A stretch of 64,000 nucleotides of DNA, from NCBI GenBank assembly GCA_964016885.1, contig OZ024741.1, forward strand, positions 230,764,001 through 230,828,000, in the 5' to 3' direction. This DNA comes from Eledone cirrhosa (Eukaryota). The position numbers and the translations under genes were made by a program. Positions 52,635 to 64,000 of the stretch are shown one piece after another (position 1 is the stretch's first letter; the number at the start of each line of letters is the position of its first letter). Below the pieces are notes generated by a model. It was not told where the DNA came from. It ran no database searches and saw only the letters and a list, made by a program, of their open reading frames with translations.

Positions 52635-55600
52635 CCCGTGACCAAGAAATACCGGGATGGCGGCCGGCGGGGAATAGCCATGTCTCTAGGGGAGAACGAC
52701 CCCTCTAGTCTTGGTTGACACTCGTTTTAGAAGTGGTAACACGAAAAGATTACCCCTTGGCGGATAAGGATAAAACGCGACAAAATAAAGTAGATGTCTA
52801 ATGATGAAATCTCATACCGGATCGGCCGTCACCCGGGTAAAAAAAGGGCCGCGTCCCTCAGAGAGGAACCAGACTGGGGTCGAAAAATCAGCTAATGGTT
52901 CAAACCTTCCCATCACTTCGGAGCTGGAGACCTCCCATAACCGGAATACTCCTACTGTTGGCCCTCCATGCTCACCACCAAGAAATCCAAAGAAAAAGAG
53001 AGAAAAATGGTCAAGGGAAGATAATAAAGAAGTCCTTGAGGCTTTCTACACTGCCATGTACTACCCATCAAATACATCGAATACAGAGCAAACATATATC
53101 AACTGGAAAAAGAAACATCCCGAAAACAGAGGCTATATTGACAGTAACAAACTAGCCAATATACGAAGAAATATTGTAAGAAAAAAGTTACTAACTGATA
53201 TAGAAATTGATCAGATCAAGCTAGTAGCACAAAGTCAGCGAAGGGAAAATGAAGCATGTGTCAGTGAAAACGAGGTAAACTGTAACACTTCAAATCCCAG
53301 AGTTGGGGCGGAATCACTGGCAACAGAACAAATTAAAGAAAGGAGCGAAAAAGTGGAGGGAGTGCATGCTCAGGATGAAACTCCAAATGAAAATAATGAG
53401 ATCGTAAATGATAAAGAAATGAATGAGAATGAACTTGCCAACTTGAAGGATGAAATTATGATCGAATGGATGAAAATTAAAGAATCTGACATGGGGGAAC
53501 GAGACACCCTCCCTAAGATCCAGAACTCCAAACAGAACCAAAAGATAATACACAAGACAAACATAATTCTCAAAAACATTATCATCACAAACAAACTAAG
53601 CATTACTGACTTAAATCATCTCTATTATGCATCGGCTAAAGTCACCACTCACTTATGTGGAGTGAAGATGAAAAAACAAAGGAATTCCCACAAGAAATCT
53701 ACTTGGCAAGATAACATCAATCGCCAAATAAACCTTCTCCGATCTGACATAGAAATTTTAACAAACTATAAAGTAGGTGAACATGTTAAACAAACTAAAC
53801 TTAGAAAATTGAAAAAAAAGTACAGTATAAGATCAACATGTGACATAGACATGCTGATAGAAACAATCAAGCAAAAAGTGTCGGCCAAAGCTGCTCGTAT
53901 AAGGCGCTTTGAAAAACGATCTAGATTCTATAAGGACAATAATATGTTCAAAAACAACCAAAGAAACTTCTACAGAAAAATTGGTAAGTCAACAATAACT
54001 GCTAAATCAATACCACCCAAGGAGGAAGTGCAAGAATTCTGGGAAAAGATCTGGGCCGAAGAAAAAGTTCATAACATACATGCCCCATGGATAGACAGAC
54101 AAATGAAAGAAACAGCTCACCTTGAAGAACAAACATGGGAAAATATAACAGTTGAACAGCTGCGCTTGGCTCTAAGAAAAACCAGCAAATGGAAATCCCC
54201 AGGAAAAGACAAAATACAAAACTTTTGGATAAATGCCTTCACAGAGTCTCATGAGCTGTTAGCCCAACTTTACAATGAAATAGTTAAGGAGCCAGAAAAG
54301 ATACCATCATGGCTAGTTAACGGCATTACATTCCTGCTACCGAAGAATGATGAGACAAACAATCCCAAAAATTACAGACCGATAACCTGCTTGACCACAA
54401 TGTATAACATTTTAACATCAGTCCTAACTGAATACACATATGACCACCTGATAACAAATGACCTATTTCCCATTGAGCAGAAAGGGTGTAAACGAGGCTC
54501 ATATGGCTGTAAGGATCAGCTTCTGGTTAACAAAATGATACTGGAAGATTGTCATAATAGACACAAAAATCTATCGATTGCTTGGATAGATTATAAAAAA
54601 ACATTTGATAGTTTGCCACACAGTTGGATTGAAAAATGTTTAGAGATTTTCAAAATATCCCCCGTTATCAGGAGGTTTTTGTCATTCAGTATGAGGACAT
54701 GGAGAACGACACGCCTTTTGAATAGTGAAACAAAATCACTGGAAGCTGGAGAAGTTAACATTAATTGTGGAATTTTTCAGGGTGACTCTTTATCACCGCT
54801 TTTATTCTGCATCGCACTTATACCATTAAGTAAAATGCTCAATGAAACAAAACATGGATATAGAGTCTATGACAAAACCATTAATCACCTGTTCTACATG
54901 GATGACCTGAAACTATTTGCAAAAAATGATGAACAATTGCAAGGGCTATTATCCACTGTGAAGCAGTTCAGTGATGACATTAAAATGGAGTTTGGACTGG
55001 ATAAATGTGCCAAAGCAACGTTCACCAGAGGAAAGCTGCTGAAGAGTTCAGACATTAATCTTGATCGGGGGAACATGATAAGAGAGCTTGATCAAGAACA
55101 AACTTACAAATATCTAGGTGTTTGTGAAGGAGACGGAATCAAGCACTCGACAATGAGGGAAAGGATAAGGAAGGAATGTTACCGCAGAGTCAGAGCAATC
55201 TTAAGAACGGAATTGAATGCAAGGAATAGGATCGATGCCATAAACACGCTTGCCATACCAGTAGTAACCTACAGTTACAATGTCATCAACTGGTCAAGCA
55301 CAGAGATCCGTAGGCTCGATACAAAAATCCGAAAATTCTTAACCATGCACAGAATGCATCACCCTAAGGCAGACATAGATAGAATATATCTCCCTAGGAA
55401 AGAAGGAGGACGTGGGTTAATCCAGTTAGACATTGCGTTGAAAACTGCAACAATTGGATTATCCACATATCTAAGGGAATCACATGATTGGATGATCAAA
55501 CTCGTTTTGAAACACGAAAGCACCAAAAGATCATATTCCATTACAAAAGATGCACAAAGATACAGTAATGGACTACAAATTTCAGAAGTCCCATTTACTG

Positions 55601-56586
55601 CTGAAATTGAAAACACAGAAAAAGCAAAGCAGGTAAAAGTAACTGCAAAGAAAGAACTGCTACAGAAACTGGCTAAGAAATGGCAAGAAAAGCCTCTGTA
55701 TGGAAAATACCCAGAGCGAGCTAACAATCCTGATGTTGACAAAACTTTAACCCATCAGTGGTTGGCATCCTCTGGACTGAAATCGGAGACTGAAGGACTG
55801 ATTATATCCGCACAAGATCAGTGTCTGCCAACAAAAAATTACCAAGCCAACATAATAAAAAATGGGTGCAGCCCATTATGCCGTGTATGCAAAAAACAAC
55901 CAGAGACCATTGACCATATAATTTCAATGTGCAGTCCTATAGCTCCAACCGAATACCTAAACAGGCATGACAGAGCTGCACAATACATACATTGGATAAT
56001 GTGCAAGCATTTTGACCTGCCCCATCAAAAGAATTGGTGGGAGCATCAACCACCTCCCATACTTGAAAAAGATCACATCTCAATCTTGTGGAACTTTAGC
56101 ATCCAAACAGACCGAAAAATAGATGCAAATAGACCTGATATAATATTGAAGGACTTTCAAAGGAGGGTATGCCTGCTAATTGATATGTCTGTTCCAATAG
56201 ACAAGAATGTATCTATAAAAACATTTGAAAAATTGAGCAAGTATAAGGACCTGGAGATAGAAATTGGAAAAATGTGGAAATTGAGAACTAAAACAATACC
56301 AGTGGTTGTAGGCGCTCTGGGAATGATACCTAAGGGGTCTAACGACTACTTATCGCAAATTCCAGGAAACCCGCGTATAGGAGAAATACAAAAGATAGTA
56401 CTAATGGGAACTGCCCATATACTAAGGAAGATCCTGTCAATATAAGTACATCACAAGTCTAAACACTAAGGATGCATGTGTGAATATGTGTGTTCTTTCT
56501 TGAACATGGCGGACCTTGTTGTCTCTTGAGGTCACTGGTTGTGACTTGGTGATAACTCGTATAAACATAAAGCAAGATAAATGCAA
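52635..56586 (+). mobile_element. Apparently full-length R4/Dong-clade non-LTR retrotransposon (family A)
   Basis: GC-rich leader, single long ORF, ~140-bp 3' UTR, then (TAA)n. Confidence 0.92.
52801..56445 (+). CDS. R4/Dong polyprotein: reverse transcriptase, CCHC finger and restriction-like endonuclease (1214 aa)
   Basis: Uninterrupted ORF with KSPGKD, NYRPITCL, GIFQGDSLSPLLF, YMDDLK, YKYLG, CRVC..ETIDHIISMC, RHD, RPDII and KLSKYKDL. Confidence 0.95.
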   Translation: MMKSHTGSAVTRVKKGPRPSERNQTGVEKSANGSNLPITSELETSHNRNTPTVGPPCSPPRNPKKKREKWSREDNKEVLEAFYTAMYYPSNTSNTEQTYINWKKKHPENRGYIDSNKLANIRRNIVRKKLLTDIEIDQIKLVAQSQRRENEACVSENEVNCNTSNPRVGAESLATEQIKERSEKVEGVHAQDETPNENNEIVNDKEMNENELANLKDEIMIEWMKIKESDMGERDTLPKIQNSKQNQKIIHKTNIILKNIIITNKLSITDLNHLYYASAKVTTHLCGVKMKKQRNSHKKSTWQDNINRQINLLRSDIEILTNYKVGEHVKQTKLRKLKKKYSIRSTCDIDMLIETIKQKVSAKAARIRRFEKRSRFYKDNNMFKNNQRNFYRKIGKSTITAKSIPPKEEVQEFWEKIWAEEKVHNIHAPWIDRQMKETAHLEEQTWENITVEQLRLALRKTSKWKSPGKDKIQNFWINAFTESHELLAQLYNEIVKEPEKIPSWLVNGITFLLPKNDETNNPKNYRPITCLTTMYNILTSVLTEYTYDHLITNDLFPIEQKGCKRGSYGCKDQLLVNKMILEDCHNRHKNLSIAWIDYKKTFDSLPHSWIEKCLEIFKISPVIRRFLSFSMRTWRTTRLLNSETKSLEAGEVNINCGIFQGDSLSPLLFCIALIPLSKMLNETKHGYRVYDKTINHLFYMDDLKLFAKNDEQLQGLLSTVKQFSDDIKMEFGLDKCAKATFTRGKLLKSSDINLDRGNMIRELDQEQTYKYLGVCEGDGIKHSTMRERIRKECYRRVRAILRTELNARNRIDAINTLAIPVVTYSYNVINWSSTEIRRLDTKIRKFLTMHRMHHPKADIDRIYLPRKEGGRGLIQLDIALKTATIGLSTYLRESHDWMIKLVLKHESTKRSYSITKDAQRYSNGLQISEVPFTAEIENTEKAKQVKVTAKKELLQKLAKKWQEKPLYGKYPERANNPDVDKTLTHQWLASSGLKSETEGLIISAQDQCLPTKNYQANIIKNGCSPLCRVCKKQPETIDHIISMCSPIAPTEYLNRHDRAAQYIHWIMCKHFDLPHQKNWWEHQPPPILEKDHISILWNFSIQTDRKIDANRPDIILKDFQRRVCLLIDMSVPIDKNVSIKTFEKLSKYKDLEIEIGKMWKLRTKTIPVVVGALGMIPKGSNDYLSQIPGNPRIGEIQKIVLMGTAHILRKILSI

Positions 56587-56608
56587 ATAATAATAATAAT
56601 AATAATAA

Positions 56609-56766
56609 TGTTTTCTTTATTAACCACAAGGGTTCACATAAAGTAGACATTAAGGACATTAAGGACATTAAGGACAGTACAGGACAATACAGGACGGTAC
56701 AAATGGGCATTTCTGCGTGTAAAAAAAAACAGAGGTTGAAATAAAAAACAAAGAAAAATTCCCCAT
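56609..56766 (-). mobile_element. L1/Tx1-like 3' UTR fragment inside (TAA)n
   Basis: Reverse complement of the 38238-38392 type sequence. Confidence 0.7.
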
Positions 56767-56787
56767 AATAATAATAATAATAATAAA

Positions 56788-58025
56788 CACTCGGAGAGTA
56801 AGAAGCGTATTAAAGTCACATCTGAATAGTAGGAATGCCATAAGTGCAGTAAATTCCCGAGCTGTGTCTATTATTAGGTACAGTGCGGGATTTCTGAGAT
56901 GGAATGTTGCTGAACAAAAATAAATGGTTAGGAAGACTAGGAAGCTATTGACTATCTACAACATGTTCCACAAGAGGAGTGATTTCGATAGACTCTACTT
57001 ATGGAGATCTGAAGGTGGAAGAGGTATTATCAGCATAGAGGACTGTGTTCAGATGGAGAAAAAACAACCTACACAAATACGTGACTGATAGTAAGGAGCC
57101 AATGCTCAGAACTGTACTGAAGGAGAGGTCAATAGACCAGGGGATGTCCAGGGAGGAAATAACAACAAGGAGAAAGTGCAGGCTTCATGAAAAATCCCTT
57201 CATAGTACCTTCTTTGAGAAAACTGAATTCAGAGATCCACAGACATTGAACTGGTTGAAAAGAGGAGACCTTAAAAAGGCTATAGAAGGAATGCTAATGG
57301 CTGCGCAAGAGCAGGCCCTCAAAACGAAGTGGTTGAAACACCATATTTACAAGGAGGAGGCTAGCCCACTGTTCAGGATCTGTGGAGCGAGCGAGGAGAC
57401 TGTGGCTCACATTGTATCCGAGTGTAAATACCTAGCCCAGACTCACTATAAGGGCTGGAGACATGATGTGATGGGTAGCGTGATCAACTGGCACCTATGC
57501 AAAGTAAACAATTCACCACATTCTGAGAAGTGGTATGAGCATAAGCCAGAGTCGGTGATAGAAAACGATCAGGTGAAGGTGCTGTGGGATGTTAGGATAC
57601 AGACAGACAAGAAACTGGAACACAATAGACCTGACCTGGTGGTTTTGGACAAAGAAAAAAAGATCGTGCCTGATTGTGGATGTGGCCTGCCCATTTGACA
57701 CGAGAGTGCAAGAAATGGAGAGGCAGAAAATTAACCGATATCAGGACTTAAAGTGGGAGGTAAAAAGGATTTGGAACTGCCATGAAGTCAATGTGGTCCC
57801 GATTGTCATAGGCGCACTAGGTACTATCTCAAAAAGTTTCCAGGGATGGTTAAAGAAACTTGGTCTCGCCACGCTTTTTGGAACGCTTCAAAAGGCATGC
57901 TTGCTGGGAACAGCAAGAACGTCCGATACGTCCTGAATATCTGAGGCTGCAGGTAGTGGCTTGATATTCATTTCAACAAACTTTCCAGTTAACTAACATC
58001 AATGACTGAGACTCAAAGAACAACA
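56788..58025 (+). mobile_element. 5'-truncated R4/Dong family B copy
   Basis: EGMLMAAQEQAL, EETVAHIVSEC, RHD, NRPDLVV and VPIVIGALG. Flanked by (TAA)n. Confidence 0.92.
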
Positions 58026-58639
58026 ATAATAATAATAATAATTAAATAGCTAAGTGGACAGGCAAGCAAATAATTTCACCACCAACACCACCGCCGTCAC
58101 AATCACCACTACCACGCCAAAAACTCTAGTCAAGTTTCCACAACTTCTATTTCTACTTCAACTTCAACACCATCACTACAGTACTACGATCACATCACCA
58201 CTGTCTCATTATCGCTACCGCCGCTATTCTCTCCCACGACCTCCTGCTAAGTACTACTAGCAAAGCACCACCACCACATATCACCACCACTGTCTCATTA
58301 TCACTACCGCCGCTATTCTCTCCCACTACCTCCTGCTAAGACATGCATCGTAGTGTCCCCACTAAAAATGGAAGGCATCAAAAGATATAAATAGACTGAT
58401 TTGATGACCCGGTCAAAAAATCAAAAGACCAAAAATCAAAATCAAAACAGCACAGCAACAACGAAAAACGTAAAGAAAAGAAAAATGAAAAGAAAAACAA
58501 ACAGACAGAGAAGGAAAAGGGGTGGGGGAATGAGAAAAAGAACTAAGTCAGACATTCAAACATTACATTACAATGAAACTTATTCTTTTTGTTTTTTTTT
58601 ACCTATTTGTTTGTTTATTTATGTTCGTCTACAGCGTGA

Positions 58640-61600
58640 TAGTGCCACACTAAAATCACCGGGGGTGATGAAATCACCGGAGGTAATGAAATCACCGGTG
58701 GTTATGTAACCACACATTCACCAATCCTCGATAAGAGTGTTTAAATGTCGAACCTAAACAGTTCGAATAACGGTGAAGTGGAGACTGGAATGTCATGTGA
58801 CAGACTCTCACCCAGCAGGTGCTCCCTGGCTCAGCAGCAAGGACCTGGCTGTCAACCAAATACTGCTGGTGTCGGAGGAAGAAGAAGAAGGAAAGGGACC
58901 AGAACCAACTGGATGAAAGATTTGAATAGAACAGTTATGCAATGTTACCTGAAGAGTAACCCCAAGGAGAAAGGCTATAGGAAACGGATGGATAACATCT
59001 GGAACGAGATTGGTCTATTTAAATTAGATGAACAAAAATTGGCCGGGCAGGCTCGGGTAATAAGAACTAATGGGTGGATAAGGGAGCTGGAACTGGAGGA
59101 ACTGAGCAGAGAGATTAGGTTGGAAATGGAGAGTGGAGTATGCCAGGCAAACGAACCAATGGGAAATGAAGGTGAAGAGGTTGAGAGAACGGAGGAACCA
59201 TCCGAAGCAGAGAATGATCTGAATGCTGAAATAAATAATACCTGGAACAAAGATACGGCCATTGAGGAGATGAATGCTGACGGGCTAGGACAAGATTTGG
59301 TTGATATCCTAAATTTAGTGGTAGATGAATTGAACAATGATAGTGGGAAACCTATGAACCTAAGATTTGTAGACAGGAAACACTTAAAAGAAACAACAGC
59401 TAAGGTAAACAAAGTCATCCCATACCTTGAAGCGAGGAGCCTTCACCAGTGCAACAATATCGTCAAAGCAACAGCAAATGCGGTGAGGAGATTACTTGGC
59501 ATAAAAGCGAGAGAAAACAACAAACAAGAAAGATCAGAACCTTGGTGGAAGAAACGACTGAATGGTCAAATCAGGGAAATGAGAAATGACATTGGAAAGC
59601 TTGAGTCCTTACTGAATGGGACACTAAAAAAGATAGACACTAAAAATAGACTGGAAATAAAGTACAAAACTAGGAGGAAAAAGATAAGGTTATCATAGAG
59701 CAACTGAAGCAACGCATTGTAGCAAAGATTGCAAAAATTAAGCGATACGAGAGCAGAGTCAGTCAGTATAGACAGAACCGCATGTTTGACAACAACCAGA
59801 AGATGCTGTTTGGACAGCTTGAAGGGAAAGAAAGAGGCAACGACTTGATCCCTGAGGCAGAGCAAATTAAGACATTCTGGAGAGGAATATGGGAGCAGGA
59901 TGTTAAACATAATGACCAGGCAGTGTGGATTGAGACAGTACAAAAGGAGATTAGTTAACAGGCACACCAACAGACTGATTTGAGTATCACAGTTGAAATT
60001 CTTAAGAGGCAGGCCAAAAAACTAACCAACTGGAAATCACCAGGCCCAGATGGTGTGCAGGTGTATTGCATTAAAATTATAACATCCCTCCACCCGAAAC
60101 TGATAACCATGTTCAATGACTGCTTGATGTCAGGTGAGGTACCAGAGTGGTTGACAAAAGGTACCACAGTTCTGGTAATGAAAGACCGAATCAAGGGTAA
60201 TGATGTTACCAACTATAGACCTATCACATGTCTGTTCGTAATGTGGAAACTGTTGACTAGCATTATGACTGAGGAAATCTACCATCACCTCCACACAAAC
60301 AACTTGTTACTGGACGAACAGAAAGGATGCCGAAAGAAGTCCCGTGGTACAAAGGAGCAGTTACTTATTGATAAGATGGTAATGGGGAATTGCAAGAGGA
60401 GTCACACTGGTCTTGCCATGGGATGGATAGACTACAAAAAGGCATTTGACATGGTGCCTCATTCTTGGATCACCAAAAGCCTAGAGATCTTCAAGGTTGC
60501 AGATAACATCAGACAGTTGTTGGCCAAAAGTATGAAGTCCTGGAAAATAGAGTTAACATCAGCTGGAGAATCATTGGGAAGCCTGACGATCAAGAGAGGT
60601 ATCTTCCAGGGAGATAGTCTGTCGCTCTGTTCTTTGTCCTTGCCCTAATGCCCCTGACCATTATACTGCGAAACGTGAGAGCAGGATACAACTTGTGAAA
60701 GGGAGAGCTTACCATCAATTACCTCCTCTTCATGGACGATCTTAAGCTCTTCGGGAAGAGTGAGAAGGAGTTGGATGTGCCCTGTTGACACTGTCCGTAT
60801 TTTCAGCAATGATATATGTATGCAATTTGGTATTAGTAAGTGTGTAGTCCTTGTGATGAAGAAGGGTAAATTGAGCAGAAGCAACGGAATCCAGGTACCA
60901 ACAGGTGAGATGATAAAGGAAATTGACACTGAAGAAGGATACAAGTATTTGGGTGTTCTGGAGGCTGATGACATCAAGAACAAAAAAATGAAGGAATTGA
61001 TAAGATCTGAATACATTCGGAGAGTAAGGAGCGTATTAAAGTCACATCGAACAGTAGGAATGCCATAAGTGCAGTAAATTCCCGAGCTGTGTCTATTATT
61101 AGGTACAGTGCGGGAATTCTGAGATGGAATGTTGCTGAACAAAAAGAAATGGTTAGGAAGACTAGGAAGCTATTGACTATCTACAACATGTTCCACAAGA
61201 GGAGTGATGTCGATAGACTCTACTTAAGGACATCTGAAGGTGGAGGTGGTCTTATCAGCATAGAGAACTGTGTTCAGATGGAGAAAAACAACCTACACAA
61301 ATACGTGACTGATAGTAAGGAGCCAATGCTCAGAATTGTACTGAAGGAGAGGACAATAGACCAGAGGATGTCCAAGGAGGAAATAGCAACAAGGAAAAAG
61401 AGCAGCCTTTGAGAAAACTGAATTCAGAGATCGACAGTCATGGAACTGGTTGAAAAGAGGAGACCTTAAAAAGGCTATAGAAGGAATGCTAATGGCAGGC
61501 CCTCAAAACGAAGTGGTTGAAACACCATATTTACAAGGAGGAGGCTAGCCCACTGTGCAGGATCTGTGGAGAGAGAGAGGAGACTGTGGCTCACACTGTA

Positions 61601-62183
61601 TCCGAGTGTAAACACCTAGCCCAGACTCACTATAAGGGCTGGAGACATGAGGTGATGGGCAGGGTCATACACTGGCACCTATGCAAAGTAAACAATTTAC
61701 CACATTCTGAGAAGTTGTATGAACATAAGCCAGAGTCGGTGATAGGAAACAATCAGGTGAAGTTGCTGTGGGATTTTAGGATACAGACTAACAAGAAACT
61801 GGAACACAATAGACCTGACCTGGTGGTTTTGGACAAGGAAAAAAGATCGTGCCTGATTGTGGATGTTGCCTGCCCATTCGACTCGAGAGTGCAAGAGAAG
61901 GAGAGGGAGAAAATTAACCGATACCAGGACTTAAAGTGGGAGGTAAAAAGGATTTGTCATATGCGCACTAGGTACTATGTCAAAGAGTTTCTAGGGATGG
62001 TTCAAGAAAATTGGCCCCGCCCCGCTTTTTGGAACACTACAAAAGGCATGCTTGCTGGGAACAACAAGAACCCTCCGATACGTCCTGAATATCTGAGACT
62101 GTAGGTAGTGGCTTGATATTCATTTCAACGACTTTCCAGTTAACTAACAGTTAACTAACATCAATGACTGAGACTCAAAGAAC

Positions 62184-62185
<2 letters not shown>
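58640..62185 (+). mobile_element. Near full-length but disrupted R4/Dong family B element
   Basis: ORF pieces between 58745 and 62104 give the N-terminus, RT (WKSPGPD, DYKKAFD, GIFQGDSLS, FMDDLKL), CCHC and RLE. A (TAA)n tail follows. Confidence 0.92.
58651..58706 (+). repeat. 18-bp tandem repeat x3 in the Dong B leader
   Basis: AAATCACCGG(G/A/T)GGT(G/A/T)ATG. Confidence 0.85.
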
Positions 62186-62216
<31 letters not shown>

Positions 62217-62218
62217 TA

Positions 62219-63165
62219 CGTGACCTATAGTAAGGAGCCAATGCTCAGAACTGTACTGAAGGAGGGGACAGTAGGCCAGGGGATGTCCAAGGAGGAAATA
62301 ACATCAAGGAGGAAGAGCAGCCTTAAGGGAAAATCCCTTCATAGTACCTTCTTTGAGAAAACTGAATTTAGAGATCCACAGACATGGAACTGGTGGAGAA
62401 GAGGAGACCTCAAAAAGGCTACAGAAGGAATGCTAATGGCTGCGCAGGAGCAGGCCCTCAAAACGAAGTGGTTGAAGCACCATATTTACAAGGAGGAGGC
62501 TAGCCCACTGTGCAGGATCTGTGGAGAGAGAGAGGAGACTGTGGCTCACATTGTATCCGAGTGTAAACACCTAGCCCAGACCCACTATAAGGGCTGGAGA
62601 CACGATGTGATGGGCAGGGTGATCCACTGGCACCTGTGCAAAGTAAACAATTTACCACATTCTGAGAAATGGTATGAGCATAGGCCAGAGGCGGTGATGG
62701 AGAACAATCAGGTGAAGGTGCTGTGGGATTTTAGGATACAGACGGACAAAAAACTGGAACACAATAGACCTGACCTGGTGGTTGTGGACAAAGAAAAAAG
62801 ATCGTGTCTGATTGTGGATGTGGCCTGCCCTTTCGACACGAGAGTGCAAGAGAAGGAGAGGGAGAAAATTAACCGATACCAGGACCTAAAGTGGGAGGTG
62901 AAAAGGATTTGGAACTGCCATGAAGTCAAAGTGATCCCGATCGTCATAGGCGCACTGGGGACTATCTCCAAAAGTTTCCAGGGATGGTTAAAGAAAATCG
63001 GCCCCTTCACGCTTTTTGGAACGCTTCAAAAGGCATGCTTGCTGGGAACAGCAAGAATCCTCCGATACGTCCTGAATATCTGAGGCTGCAGGTAGTGGCT
63101 TGATATTCATTCCAACGGACTTTCCAGTTAACCAACATCAATGTCTGAGATTCAAGGAATAACAA
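62219..63165 (+). mobile_element. 5'-truncated R4/Dong family B copy with open C-terminal frame
   Basis: ORF 62220-63083 has CRIC..HIVSEC, RHD and RPD. It sits directly in the (TAA)n tail of the preceding copy. Confidence 0.93.
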
Positions 63166-63239
63166 CAATAATAATAATAATAATACTAATTGTTTCTACG
63201 TCAGACTCAAGGCCAGAAATTACCCAGTGTATTAATGAT

Positions 63240-64000
63240 TTCATTTATTAGCCACAAGGGCCGACATGTAGGGGACAATACAAAGACAGGGACAGTGGGG
63301 GTTCACAATAAGGTCGATTAAAAGTGCACAATAGCAAGACTAATTTAACAATGAAAATATAAAAATATAAAATAAACTATGCATAAATATAATAAAATAA
63401 ATTCCCCGATAGGGGGTGGACGACCCTGGGGTGACTCGGGTACCCCACCAATCCTGAACCACCCTGCGCTTCTAGGGCACCCGGGGAGAGCACCCCTCTC
63501 CTCAAGTTAGCTAGCCTATAGGCGCATGGTCAAAGTAGGCCCATTCACACGAGCCATTCTCGCCACATTCACTCACCATTTATCAAATTTACTGGGGGGG
63601 GGGCACTTCCCTCTTCACCCTCACCTTCCTTTCCAGGTGAAACTTGAAGAAGTTGATGAGGGATTGGCCGAAGAGAAAAGTGTCTGTCTTCAGTCCTTTT
63701 AACCTCGTCCACCATACAACCTCTTTTGCAACTGCCACCAGAGAGAGGAAAATTTCCTGCTCTTCCAGACCTAAGGAAGGCGGTGGATCGATCTTCACTA
63801 TGGACTCGGCCGATAGCCGGATTCGTTCCACACGCGAGAGTAGCTGTTCGACATAACTCCACAAGTCAGTAATGCACGGACATTGGCAAGTGCGTGCAGA
63901 ACGGTTTCGTCGTTCTGCGCACATCTTGGGCAGGTCCGTCTAACAGCACTTCCGTGCCTGTAGAGTTTATCACAAACCGGCAGTGCCCCTCGGTAGCACT
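63240..64000 (-). mobile_element. L1/Tx1-like LINE 3' end (runs off the window)
   Basis: DLWSYVEQLL...VVWWTRLKG...FFKFHLERK. Confidence 0.78.

Noticed and set aside
58195-58340. ~55-bp direct duplication at 90-bp spacing
   Set aside because: A low-complexity CAC-rich local duplication with no evident function.

Overview
AT-rich, microsatellite-dense eukaryotic (animal) DNA made almost entirely of transposable elements. The SINE and LINE repertoire resembles that of octopod cephalopods (inference). I found no host protein-coding gene, rRNA, true tRNA or CRISPR array. Contents: a decayed Gypsy integrase; several RTE-type LINEs, including one near full-length copy with C-terminal C2H2 fingers and a tandem non-autonomous derivative; L1/Tx1-like and CRE-like fragments; many tRNA-derived SINEs; a Penelope-like (GIY-YIG) remnant with inverted terminal arms; and five co-oriented R4/Dong-clade elements associated with (TAA)n tracts, one with an uninterrupted 1214-aa RT-CCHC-RLE ORF. 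The most notable feature is a non-coding, near-identical 310-bp tandem array (24641-26899). It forms two divergent arms inserted in a (TA)n tract, and every complete unit carries a type I hammerhead ribozyme, which makes it a candidate young retrozyme/circRNA-producing element. Several unrelated solitary hammerhead motifs, intact or decayed, also lie next to (TA)n tracts. This points to a Penelope-driven, TA-associated ribozyme element system in this genome.
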